From positions 160,001 to 224,000 of the forward strand of contig JBFIHX010000003.1 in NCBI GenBank assembly GCA_041601615.1: 64,000 nucleotides of DNA, in the 5' to 3' direction. Shown here one piece after another: positions 18,416 through 27,636 of the stretch (positions are counted from its first letter, which is position 1; each line of letters opens with the position of its first letter). The position numbers and the translations under genes were made by a program. A model generated the notes under the pieces. That model was not told the DNA's origin. It ran no database searches and was given only the letters and a program-made list of their open reading frames with translations. The stretch is from Thermoplasmatota archaeon. Lineage in GTDB: Archaea > Thermoplasmatota > E2 > JACPAO01 > JAHFTW01.

Positions 18416-20608
18416 ATGACACGGTCGGCGCTCGTCGTACTCGTAATCTTGCTGCTCCCCTCCACCCTCGTGGTCCCCGCAGGCGCAGCCGAAGTCCGAG
18501 CCAGCCTATTCACGGACGCCACCGGAGACGTGCAAATCCAAAGCGCCGACGGCGGCGTCTCCCAAGCCGACCCCATGTCCAGCGACAACCTCGACCTCGT
18601 AGGCGGAGGAATCTGGGCCGAAACCGACACCACCGTGACCTTCTTCGTGCACCTTGCAGGCCTCTCCGAAAACAGCCAAGGCGCCCCCTTCACCGACCCC
18701 GACTACACCCTCGACTTCCGCTACCACGGCCAAGGCTACCGCATCAGCATCGTAACCGCCCTCGGCAACCCCATCAACGACGCCTTCGGACGCGACACCA
18801 CCCAAGGCTGGCTGCAAAAAGAAGTCGGCCCCGGCCGCTACCAGAGCGTCGTCGACGCCGAAACCGAACTGGACTTCTCCGAAAACGTCGCCCGCGCCAC
18901 CGTGCCCCGCGACGCCATCGTAGACGAAAACCAAGCCCCCCTTGCCCGCAACGCCACCCTCACCGACGTGCGCGCCACCGCAAGCGCCCTCGGCTTCTTC
19001 GGATTCCCCGTATCCCTCGACGGCAGCGGCTCCGGCCCACGCGTCGGCGCCCCACGGTTCTTTGATCAAGCCCCCGACACAGGCCTCGGCGGCACCTACA
19101 CCATGACCACCGGACAAGTGCGCCAACGCGGCGCCCTGTTTGCCGTTAGCGACGACCCCGTACGCTGGACCAACGGAGAAGCCACCACCCTCACCTTCAC
19201 CGCCCGCCTCACCAACACCGCCAGCAAAGACATGCCCGTCCACGTCACCACCAGCAACGTCGACCCTTCCTGGCAAATCGCCTTCAGCGACGCCCTCACC
19301 GTCGGCGCAGGCCGCAGCATCAACGCAACTCTTCTCGTCACCATCCCCTTTGTGCACCAACACGGAATCCTGCGCCAATTCAACGCCGAATTCACCTCCA
19401 CCGACGGGCAAAGCCTCGCCGCCGTCCCCCTCGGCATCTACTGGGCCGAAGTACCCCAACCCGCCGGCCACCACGACACCGTCTGGTTCCACGGCCTCAC
19501 CCAAGAAGTCACCCCGCCCTTCAACGCCGTCTTCGGCGGCACCCACGGATGGTTCAGCGCCAAAGAAGAAGTAGACGGAGACGAACGCAAACCGATCCCC
19601 GCCAACTTCGCCATGGTGCCCAGCCCCGCCACCAACAACCGCGGCATCGCCTTCTGGAGCTTCAGCCTCGAACCATCCCTACGCATGGGCCTCGACTTCC
19701 TCCTCGACGAACAAGGAGCCGCCGACATCACTCTCGACCTCGCGACCCCCGCCCTCGACCCCAGCATCAAAGTCCAAGTCTACTACCTCGAGCAACGCGC
19801 CCTCGACACCGGCGACAACCGGCCCGGACAACGCAACACCATCACTGAACGCACCCTCCTAGCCGAAGGCGTCAGCGAAGTCAAAAGCGGCACCATCAGC
19901 GGCCCCCAACTCTTCGAAGTGCCCATCCAAGCACTCGCCGAAGCCGAAATCATCCCCTACGGCGGCGACGGCAACCTGTACATCCAAGTGCTCCTCGACA
20001 GCACCTTCCTTCTCGGCACCGGCTTCGTCGCCAACGACGCCACCGCACCCAGCCTCGATCCACTCGCCTCCCGCGTGCGCCTCCCCCTCGAAGAATACCA
20101 CGACCCCGTCGACCTAAGCTTCCAAACCGACGGCAGCCTCAGCATCAAAGCCGGCCCCGACGGCCAAGACCGCCTCATCAACCCCGGCCGAACCATCGTC
20201 TACACCTTCGACCTCACCTACGCAGGCGCCTCCCCCGCCACCTTCCAAGCCCAACTCAGCGGCGCCAACGTCCAATGGGCCACCATCCTCGGCGACAAAC
20301 AGTTTGACCTAGCCCCCGGCGCCCAACGCAGCCTCGCCGTCTCCGTCCACGCCCCAGACGACGCCCGCGAAGGAGACGCAAGCGACCTAACCCTACGCGT
20401 CACCAACACCGCAAACGCAGCCATCCAAGCCGGCATCAACCTACGCACCCTCGTCACCACCAGCCAAGACATCCCAGACGAAGCCGGACGCGGCAGCGAA
20501 CTCGACGGCGAACTCAGCCAAAGCAAAGAAAGCCCCGGCCCCGGCCTTGTCCTGCTCCTCGCCGCCGTTGCTGCCCTGGCCATCGCCCAGCGCCGACGCC
20601 GCAACTAA
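18416..20608 (+). CDS. Cell-surface protein, His-motif family member 3, with an extra Ig-like domain and ESPG tail
   Basis: Signal peptide; FTDATGDV; PFVHQHG; QPAGHHDTVWFH; LEPSLRMG; LPLEEYHD; ESPGPG-hydrophobic-RRRR; CCCTTAT ~26 bp upstream. Confidence 0.88.
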   Translation: MTRSALVVLVILLLPSTLVVPAGAAEVRASLFTDATGDVQIQSADGGVSQADPMSSDNLDLVGGGIWAETDTTVTFFVHLAGLSENSQGAPFTDPDYTLDFRYHGQGYRISIVTALGNPINDAFGRDTTQGWLQKEVGPGRYQSVVDAETELDFSENVARATVPRDAIVDENQAPLARNATLTDVRATASALGFFGFPVSLDGSGSGPRVGAPRFFDQAPDTGLGGTYTMTTGQVRQRGALFAVSDDPVRWTNGEATTLTFTARLTNTASKDMPVHVTTSNVDPSWQIAFSDALTVGAGRSINATLLVTIPFVHQHGILRQFNAEFTSTDGQSLAAVPLGIYWAEVPQPAGHHDTVWFHGLTQEVTPPFNAVFGGTHGWFSAKEEVDGDERKPIPANFAMVPSPATNNRGIAFWSFSLEPSLRMGLDFLLDEQGAADITLDLATPALDPSIKVQVYYLEQRALDTGDNRPGQRNTITERTLLAEGVSEVKSGTISGPQLFEVPIQALAEAEIIPYGGDGNLYIQVLLDSTFLLGTGFVANDATAPSLDPLASRVRLPLEEYHDPVDLSFQTDGSLSIKAGPDGQDRLINPGRTIVYTFDLTYAGASPATFQAQLSGANVQWATILGDKQFDLAPGAQRSLAVSVHAPDDAREGDASDLTLRVTNTANAAIQAGINLRTLVTTSQDIPDEAGRGSELDGELSQSKESPGPGLVLLLAAVAALAIAQRRRRN

Positions 20609-20684
20609 ACAAGCCAACAGCGGACACGGCCGCGGCACAAAAACGGCAAGAAACGCCGACCGTTCCTCGATTCGGAGACCCTAA

Positions 20685-21215
20685 TCAAGCCACGTCGATG
20701 CCTTCCGGCATCGCCGGGCTCGGATCCAACAACTCCGTCAGACCCTCGTCCGCAAAGTAGCGATTCGTTTGCAAGCCCTTCTGCTCCGCAACCAACCCCG
20801 CATCCACAAGGGGCGCAATGCTGGCACGGAACGTCTTACGAGAAACACTCACCGCAGTACAGACATCCACCTGACGACTGCCCGGGTGATCTTGGATGAA
20901 GCGAGCAATCTCCTGGCGGCGACCCTGATTCAAGACACCCATAATCTGGGCCCGCTCAGGATCAATGCCGCCCACGAAAAAGCGGCGCTCGCGGCCCGCA
21001 GAAACCGCCGTCACAAGGTCGCCCTTGTCAAGTAGCGCAAGGTGGTACTGCACCGTACCCCAAGCTTCCCCGGACTCCCTGCACAAAGCACTGGCATGGA
21101 TTCCAGGCCGAAGCTGGATCAAATCTAGGATACGACGGCGCACCGGCTGGGCAAGCAGTGCATCAGGGTCCGCGTCATGAACCCGAGCAAACAGCATCAA
21201 CAGTGCCTCGAACAT
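20685..21215 (-). CDS. Double winged-HTH transcriptional regulator (stand-alone)
   Basis: LLAQPVRRRILDLIQLRPGIH...GTVQYHL..L followed by a second HTH (RQEIARFIQDHPG). Confidence 0.85.
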   Translation of the reverse strand: MFEALLMLFARVHDADPDALLAQPVRRRILDLIQLRPGIHASALCRESGEAWGTVQYHLALLDKGDLVTAVSAGRERRFFVGGIDPERAQIMGVLNQGRRQEIARFIQDHPGSRQVDVCTAVSVSRKTFRASIAPLVDAGLVAEQKGLQTNRYFADEGLTELLDPSPAMPEGIDVA

Positions 21216-21236
21216 CCGGGGCTCCCATCCACCTTC

Positions 21237-22754
21237 TCAGGTATAACCGTGTGCGTCGCTCTCTAGAGCTTGCGCCATGGAAGGGGCCGGAGCGACGTAT
21301 CCAGGAACCTGGTCTGCCAACGCGGGCGTGCGCTTCACGGCCTCCGCAAGGGCCGACTGGGCCCGGTTGTTCTTGCCCATGTCGCGGTACGCAAGGCCCA
21401 GGACATAGTGCAGGGTGCCATCGGAAGGGTCGTTGCCGTTGAGGTACGACTCAAGATTGCGAACGACACGCTCAGGCTGCCCCGTGCGAGAGAGGGCAAT
21501 GGCGCGACCCAGATGTGCGCTCTCGCGCTTCGGGTCCTCGCGTAGAATTCGAGTAGCAAGCCGAGCAGCACGCGTGAACGCACCTGCCTCCAGCGCCTGC
21601 TCCATGTACTCCAAGGGAGGAGCCACGTCGCGGCGTGAACGGATGATGAATGCGATGGCCGCCCCAAGAACGAGGAGAGTCACGATCGGCCAAGCCACGA
21701 ATCCCGCGGGCTTGTACCAGGAAGAAGATTGTCCGAATCCCTCGTTGGAGCTGCTGGAGAAATCCATGCCCAAGCGGTGGGAATCGTCCGGAACGAGCGT
21801 GCCCGAGTACCCCTCAGTAAAGAGGAGTTCAGACTCGTGCGAGCCATCCACTCCATCGTACGAAATTCGACCGTTGTCGCCGTTCACTTCGACGTCCTCG
21901 GATACCCATTGAACGATGTGGTTGATGCCGCTGAGTCGAATGCGGAGATCGCCGTCCGTGACAATCAGTCGAAGGTGCGATTCGCGGCCCTGCGTGACTC
22001 CACCAACGAGTTCTGTGTGGGTCAAGCCCGTATCGTAGGAGTTGGGCGCCGTGTCATCGGAGTCCAAGTTCACCGTGGGGCCCAAAATCTCGAGAATGAA
22101 ATCGCCGAGAATGCGAGCATCCACGACGCCGCCGATGGTCTCCGTGAGCACCGTGGGCTCCGTAATGGAGCGGCGCAAGAAGGTTCGCGTATCTCCGGTG
22201 GACGCCGAGTCTTGATCAACAGAGTTCGGGTCGCGCTCCACGAGTCCTTCCGAGGTGGAAAGGAACTGCGCTTGCGGAAGGGAAGAGTAGTTGCTGACGC
22301 CGCGCACCATGCTGTGGATGGTGCCGCCTTCGCCATTGCGGCTGATGCGCACATCAAAGGATGGCGACGAGCCCTTGGATTGGAGTGTGATGCTGTTCAG
22401 TGGATTTGCTTCGCTAGCGATGGACTCTGAAGGGTCAAGTGGCGTTTGTTCCGGGAGATTTGCCTCCACGGGACCAAGCGTTCCGTTTGCAGATCGCAAG
22501 TAGGTCCGCTCGAGGTAGTGACCCCAACCGCTTGCGGCGGAGAGCTCCAAAAGAGGCGCGCCGTAGCCGTCCTCCGCTGCGATACGGAACAAGCCAAGAT
22601 CTCCTTTCTGCTTCATGACTCCGTGATGCTGCATGGCAGTGGCATCCTCCGAGAGAATGTCAATTGCCTTGGCTGCGTCTACGGAAGGTGCTGCCATAAG
22701 AAGCACCGTGAGAAGAACGGTGGTGCGGATGACAGGGTTTCCTTGACGTAGCAT
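21237..22754 (-). CDS. Single-pass membrane protein with an N-terminal ectodomain and a C-terminal TPR domain
   Basis: Signal peptide, ~350-aa beta-rich region, TM (WPIVTLLVLGAAIAFII), then TPR-like helices (AHLGRAIALSRTG; LHYVLGLAYRDMG..A..AL..AV...P). Confidence 0.8.
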   Translation of the reverse strand: MLRQGNPVIRTTVLLTVLLMAAPSVDAAKAIDILSEDATAMQHHGVMKQKGDLGLFRIAAEDGYGAPLLELSAASGWGHYLERTYLRSANGTLGPVEANLPEQTPLDPSESIASEANPLNSITLQSKGSSPSFDVRISRNGEGGTIHSMVRGVSNYSSLPQAQFLSTSEGLVERDPNSVDQDSASTGDTRTFLRRSITEPTVLTETIGGVVDARILGDFILEILGPTVNLDSDDTAPNSYDTGLTHTELVGGVTQGRESHLRLIVTDGDLRIRLSGINHIVQWVSEDVEVNGDNGRISYDGVDGSHESELLFTEGYSGTLVPDDSHRLGMDFSSSSNEGFGQSSSWYKPAGFVAWPIVTLLVLGAAIAFIIRSRRDVAPPLEYMEQALEAGAFTRAARLATRILREDPKRESAHLGRAIALSRTGQPERVVRNLESYLNGNDPSDGTLHYVLGLAYRDMGKNNRAQSALAEAVKRTPALADQVPGYVAPAPSMAQALESDAHGYT

Positions 22755-22759
22755 ACGAA

Positions 22760-23248
22760 TCAGTAGGTTTGGATGTAGATCCGGCTGGGTTTGTTCTGCT
22801 TGAATACTTGGGCGAAACCATCGAGGTCGGTCTCCGGTACAAGGGACCAAATCGTTTCAAGGTTCACGCAAGCGTCCAGATTGTAGACGACAAGGTCCGC
22901 GATGATGCTCGGGACCAACGCTACAGGACTGTAGTAGGTCACGGCCGAGAGGACCGAGTAGATGTTTGCGAGATTCAAGGTGATGCAGGTCGGTTCCTTG
23001 TTGCTGGAATCGTCGTATGCTTCGGGGTTGTTCGTGAGAATCTGAACGTCCCCGACTTGGACCATGGTTGCACCAGACATGCATGGTCCAAACTCGGTAC
23101 AATCGTCCGTGAAGAGGTCCACATCAATGAAGATGGGTTGGAGGTCCACTCGGAGCTCTGTTAGCTCCATGGGCTCCGCCTGGACGGGGGCCGCCACAGC
23201 CAAGAGCATGAGTGGTATGAGCGCGTTTCTGACACCGATTCGGGACAT
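22760..23248 (-). CDS. Hypothetical secreted protein with 4 Cys
   Basis: Signal MSRIGVRNALIPLMLLAVAAPVQA; ends 5 bp before the TPR gene. Confidence 0.65.
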   Translation of the reverse strand: MSRIGVRNALIPLMLLAVAAPVQAEPMELTELRVDLQPIFIDVDLFTDDCTEFGPCMSGATMVQVGDVQILTNNPEAYDDSSNKEPTCITLNLANIYSVLSAVTYYSPVALVPSIIADLVVYNLDACVNLETIWSLVPETDLDGFAQVFKQNKPSRIYIQTY

Positions 23249-23789
23249 GGAATCCACCTGAACAAACCGTCGATGGATGCGGCCGGGTAAAAGTGTTCGC
23301 GACGTATCCGCGGTATCTAGTGATATTTGGCTCATCTATCGGCCCAAAAGCACCATATCGGCCCTAAAGAACTGGATAATGCAGAACCTCCCCGTCTGCT
23401 TTATGCCATTGACAGTCATGGAGGCGCTGTAAGGCCGTGTGCTTGGCGCCGTTCTGGTGCTAGGCAGTACACGACAACCACCCACCACCACCAATCGCTT
23501 TGAACTTTCAAAGCGCACCATCGCGGCCTTACGTTCCGGGGCGGGGGCTTGCCTCCGTCCCGGGGCCCAAACTTTGTGATTGCCTTCGTGCAAATGTTGG
23601 CGTTTTGACCTCATGCGCGCTTAGACGCGAGCTGGGTGGATGCTCCGCTGGTTGCTCGTGGTGCGGCGCGACTTGTGGCGCGGGCAGGGTCCCGTCGAGG
23701 ACGGAATGAGAAAACAAAGGTAGAGGGAAGGGAAAGGACGGCGCAGCGCGCCGGATACGAAATCGGAAAGCGAAATCCGAGCAGTGCGC

Positions 23790-24428
23790 CTATTGGCGTC
23801 GCTTCTCGGCTTGCTTTTCCTTCTTCCAGATCAGCTTGTCCTTCTGGCGGCGACCGGACTTGGCAACCGAAGGACGCAGGTGCTCGGCACCCTTACCCTT
23901 GTTGCCAACAAGGCCACGGTGCTTCTTACCGGCGCTGGTCTTGCCGCGCAGCACACGGTTGGTGGCCGGGCGGGTGCAGATCCAGGACAGGTCCTTGTCG
24001 GCACGGATGCTGGGGTGGAAGGGGTCGACGAGGATGACCTCGTAGTAGTGGTGCTTACCGTCGGCACCGACCCAGTAGGAGTTGAGAACTTCCAGGTTCG
24101 GGAAGTGCTTGCTGGTGCGCACTTCGGCGATCGCCTGGGTGTTCTGCTTCATAGTGATCTTCTTGACACCCATCTTGCTGGGCACACGACCACCGTCGAA
24201 GCGCTTCTTGCGCAGACCACCGCGGCGAACGCGGGCGCGCACGACGATGACGCCCTGCTTGGCCTTGTAGCCGAGGTTGCGGGCGCGGTCGAGGCGCAGG
24301 GGCTTGTCGACGCGAACGAAGGATTCACCCTCACGCCACTCAATCAGACGGTGCCACTGGGGGCTGTCGTGACTGGTGTCAGGTTGTTTCCAAGCTTCTC
24401 CGATGTAAGAATATGCACTCTTGCTCAT
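23790..24428 (-). CDS. rpl15e: 50S ribosomal protein eL15 (L15e)
   Basis: AYSYI..AWK, RLDRAR.LGYKAKQG, NLEVLNSYWVG.DG, YEVILVDP, RG.TSAGKK.RGL motifs; SD GAGGTGA at 24436-24442. Confidence 0.97.
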   Translation of the reverse strand: MSKSAYSYIGEAWKQPDTSHDSPQWHRLIEWREGESFVRVDKPLRLDRARNLGYKAKQGVIVVRARVRRGGLRKKRFDGGRVPSKMGVKKITMKQNTQAIAEVRTSKHFPNLEVLNSYWVGADGKHHYYEVILVDPFHPSIRADKDLSWICTRPATNRVLRGKTSAGKKHRGLVGNKGKGAEHLRPSVAKSGRRQKDKLIWKKEKQAEKRRQ

Positions 24429-24435
24429 ACGCGAT

Positions 24436-24505
24436 TCACCTCGCGGATTTCCCGGTTCACCCTATGCTCTATGGCGGCGGGCACATTCCAGGACAGCCTA
24501 AGCTG
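24436..24505 (-). ncRNA. Probable eL15 ribosomal leader (5' UTR cis-regulatory RNA)
   Basis: ~75-nt UTR between a CTTATAG box (~24529-24535) and the SD contains GGAAUGUG...GUGAACC, which resembles my recollection of the euryarchaeal eL15 leader; needs a covariance-model check. Confidence 0.55.
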
Positions 24506-24636
24506 CAAGTCTCGCCGACAAAGGTATGCTATAAGAAGATGTTCCGGGCGCAGCGGAGGATTGGGGGAGGCGGGGGCAAAGGGGGTGGGTGAAGGGAAAG
24601 GGTGAGGGGGGGGGCGGACGGCGGATGAGCGTTCTG

Positions 24637-24864
24637 CTAGGCTCGGACGATTTTCGAAGCGAAACTGGCCGCCTTGCTGCCGGCTGCAAGATCCACGGTG
24701 TGTTCCTTGTATGTGAGGCTGAGCAGGGTGCCGCGCGCTTCGGCGCCGAGCTGCGAGAACGGCACGGTGGCTTTGATGGCGCCTCGAAACACCACGGCGT
24801 CGGCCTGGATGTCGGCTTTCATTTTGGCGCCCGTGCCGCGTAGGATGCCGGTGAGTTCGACCAT
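24637..24864 (-). CDS. Small hypothetical protein
   Basis: 75-aa ORF co-oriented with its neighbours, with plausible codon usage. Confidence 0.55.
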   Translation of the reverse strand: MVELTGILRGTGAKMKADIQADAVVFRGAIKATVPFSQLGAEARGTLLSLTYKEHTVDLAAGSKAASFASKIVRA

Positions 24865-24916
24865 GCAGCGGCGAGGCTGCGGCCGTTATGAGAGGTTTCT
24901 GTGGATTGGCCGGGGT

Positions 24917-25318
24917 TCAGCCGTTGGCGAGCAGTGCTGCGAGTTTGTCGAAGCCGGCGCCCCATGCGCCGCGCATGTGGTCGTGCGAGTCGGCGGGGAC
25001 TCCGTCCATGCCGAGCACCATGCGGGTGCCGGTTTCGGTGGGTTCGAGCAGCGTTTCGATGAGAAATTGCTTGTCGGGGGTACCCTGAACCAATCGGCGG
25101 GGCGCGTCGATGGCGTGGAAGATGCCTTCGTCGATGTGGTCGCCGTTGGGGCCGACCATGACGCGGCGGTAGGCTCCACCTTGGCGTAAGTCTAAGGATT
25201 CCACGCGGCAGTCGTTGGGGCCGGGACTGTACCACTTGGAAAGGAGGGCTGGTTCGGTCCATGCGGCCCAAACGCGGTCGATGGGGGCTGCAAATTCGCG
25301 TTCCATGCTGAAATCCAT
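24917..25318 (-). CDS. SRPBCC/AHSA1-like protein
   Basis: EREFAAPIDRVWAAWTEP..L..W, DLRQGG, GW...FDKL motifs. Confidence 0.88.
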   Translation of the reverse strand: MDFSMEREFAAPIDRVWAAWTEPALLSKWYSPGPNDCRVESLDLRQGGAYRRVMVGPNGDHIDEGIFHAIDAPRRLVQGTPDKQFLIETLLEPTETGTRMVLGMDGVPADSHDHMRGAWGAGFDKLAALLANG

Positions 25319-25654
25319 GCTGCGGCGACGTCGGGAGTTGGCTATGGTCCTGTTGTACGAGGTCGGCGAAAGCACGTGTCTTGATTCCCGGGTCATTGAC
25401 TCATGGATGCCTGCCAAATCAAAGAAAGATTGGGGTGGAGTAATTCAATTTCCCTTGTGAAAAAGTGTCACATTGTCCCGCGATTTGCTTCTATTTGGCG
25501 CCGACATGAGGAGGGGGCTACGGGCAAAATCGATTTAGAAAATATACACGGCCCCAACCAGGGGGGTGTAAAATGACAGCACTTAGAGTCAAAATGAGTG
25601 CAAACCCTGAACCAGCGGGATAGATACTATTTATGAGATAATTCTGGGCCGTTT

Positions 25655-27049
25655 ATGAAGTGGCAAACTGCCGCGTTGATGCTCAGCCTCCTGGTGCCCC
25701 TGGCGGGTGCCGGATCCGCAACCGATCCTGAACTCTCGGACCCCGCAGGTGACGCACATCAGTTCATCGAGTGTGTCCCCCCAAGTTGTCTCTCCGGCGT
25801 CTACGAACCCAGTTCGGAGGCAAGCGAGCAAGTGGACATCCTCGCGTCTTGGTTTGCCCTTGAAAACGGTACCCTGAGCGTCTCCATGCAGACTGTCGCC
25901 GAAACAGACGACGAAGTGTACACGACTTTCGCCTTCGATGTGGAAGCAACGCCGTTTAGCGCCTCGGACAACGACACGCGGTCCCCCGTCGTCCTGGAAG
26001 CCAAGGGCACCACCACGATCACCGGCACCAACGTCACTTGGGTTCGCAACGGCACCGTACTCACTGCCTCCTTGCCCATGCAAGACGCCGGCATGGTCGC
26101 TGGAGACCGCCTCGTTCGCCTCCAAGTGTCCACGGAGCGCTCAGAAAGCAGCAGTGAATCGCTTGGACAAGGCTCCCAGAAAGACACAGACGCCACCGAC
26201 GGCACCTCCAGACCCTTCTACGCCCCGGTGGCCGCAGGCGAGCCGGATTTCCAAGTCACAGCCCGCAACGGCACCTACAGCCAAAGTGGTACGGAACAGA
26301 ATTTCACTGGGTCCAACCCCTGGTTCGATGCCGTGCCGGACAGCATCACCTTCTCGTACCAGATTCTCAGCCACCAGCCCGGGTCCAACTTCACGGTCCA
26401 AGAAAACGGCGCCGAGGCACGCAAGGTCACCACGGACGAGGCCGGCGTGGCACATGTGAATGCAACCATCGGCCCAAGCGACCTTGATGGTCGCACCTGG
26501 AGCGTCCAAGTCACCCATGCCGGGCACACCACCACGCTTGCTTGGCTCTTGGGCGGCCACGCCTTTGATCCGCTCTACGCGGACGGTTTGAGCATCGAAG
26601 GCCTCGGCGGCAACTGGACCCTTGGCAACACCACGACGGAATTCGAGGACAAAGTGCTGATCGGAAAGGTTCTGCCGGACAACATCACGGTCTCGTACCG
26701 CATCCACAACAACCTGCCTTTGGCCAATCTCACGGTCGAATACGTGGGCTACAACACCACGGTGCAAGTGGACGTTCTGCAGTACAGCAACAAGACCTTG
26801 AGCTGGACCTTCCAGCCCATGGTCAACGCCACGAGCCTAGAAATCCAAGTTCGCAACGCCGATGGCCAGAACGCAACCTACACGCTGGTGTTCGAGGAGG
26901 ACACCGGCAACAAGGGAGGCGAAGGCGGCTCCAACAAGGAGGAGTCCGTTCAAACCAGTGCCAACCTCGTTTCTCCGGTCGTGTGGGTGTTCCTCCTCGT
27001 CGGCGTCGTGATCATGGTCGTACTCGTGATCCTGGTTGCGCGCAAGTAG
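25655..27049 (+). CDS. Surface (glyco)protein with a DOMON-like N-terminus and C-terminal TM
   Basis: Signal peptide; LSDPAGDA...VDILASW; many N-x-S/T sequons; C-terminal TM followed by RK; preceded by an AT-rich promoter region. Confidence 0.8.
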   Translation: MKWQTAALMLSLLVPLAGAGSATDPELSDPAGDAHQFIECVPPSCLSGVYEPSSEASEQVDILASWFALENGTLSVSMQTVAETDDEVYTTFAFDVEATPFSASDNDTRSPVVLEAKGTTTITGTNVTWVRNGTVLTASLPMQDAGMVAGDRLVRLQVSTERSESSSESLGQGSQKDTDATDGTSRPFYAPVAAGEPDFQVTARNGTYSQSGTEQNFTGSNPWFDAVPDSITFSYQILSHQPGSNFTVQENGAEARKVTTDEAGVAHVNATIGPSDLDGRTWSVQVTHAGHTTTLAWLLGGHAFDPLYADGLSIEGLGGNWTLGNTTTEFEDKVLIGKVLPDNITVSYRIHNNLPLANLTVEYVGYNTTVQVDVLQYSNKTLSWTFQPMVNATSLEIQVRNADGQNATYTLVFEEDTGNKGGEGGSNKEESVQTSANLVSPVVWVFLLVGVVIMVVLVILVARK

Positions 27050-27050
27050 C

Positions 27051-27584
27051 CTACTCAGAAGCGTTCGCAATGCGGTAGCGCAGTTCCACGAACCCAGGCC
27101 CCACGTCCAGCGTGGCGATGCGCTCCAGCGTCGCTTGGCGCGGCAACAACGGCTTGCCGGCACCCAGCGTGATGGAGGCGACGTTGACAATCAACTCGTC
27201 CAGCAACCCCGCGTCCATGAATTGGCCGGCAAGGTCGCCGCCTCCAACCACCCAGACGTGCTTTGCGCCTGCCGCCGCGAAGATGGCCTCCATGTGGTTG
27301 GCGACGGCCCCCGAGACCACGCGGATGGATTCGTGCGCGGGGGCGAGGTACTGGCGTGAGAACACCCAGCATGGCAGGTCGTACGGCCACGGGTTTCCTG
27401 CCGCCATGTGTTTCAGGAGGAATCGATATGTGGCGGAGCCCATGACGATGGCGCCGACGCCGTCGATGAACTCGGTGTAGGTCTCTGGATTGGGTTGGGG
27501 GAGGGAATCGAGCCAGGATACGTCGTCGTCGGGGGTTGCGATGAACCCGTCTAGGCTGGACGCCACGTAGTATTGCACGGCCAC
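27051..27584 (-). CDS. Dihydrofolate reductase-like (RibD C-terminal) protein
   Basis: YYVASSLDGFIA, MGSATY, WVVGGG.LA..F...GLLDE and LG.GKPL motifs. Confidence 0.9.
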   Translation of the reverse strand: MAVQYYVASSLDGFIATPDDDVSWLDSLPQPNPETYTEFIDGVGAIVMGSATYRFLLKHMAAGNPWPYDLPCWVFSRQYLAPAHESIRVVSGAVANHMEAIFAAAGAKHVWVVGGGDLAGQFMDAGLLDELIVNVASITLGAGKPLLPRQATLERIATLDVGPGFVELRYRIANASE

Positions 27585-27636
27585 GGCGCGCCATGTGTGC
27601 TCGCGCTTACAATCCTCGCGCAAGACTTGGGTGAAA

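Noticed and set aside
23336-23790. Small ORFs or tRNA/ncRNA in the 450-bp gap downstream of rpl15e
   Set aside because: No cloverleaf or T-loop consensus; the ORFs have no convincing composition or start signals.
25420-25650. AT-rich gap as a replication origin
   Set aside because: No clear ORB repeats and no adjacent orc1/cdc6; better explained as a divergent promoter region.
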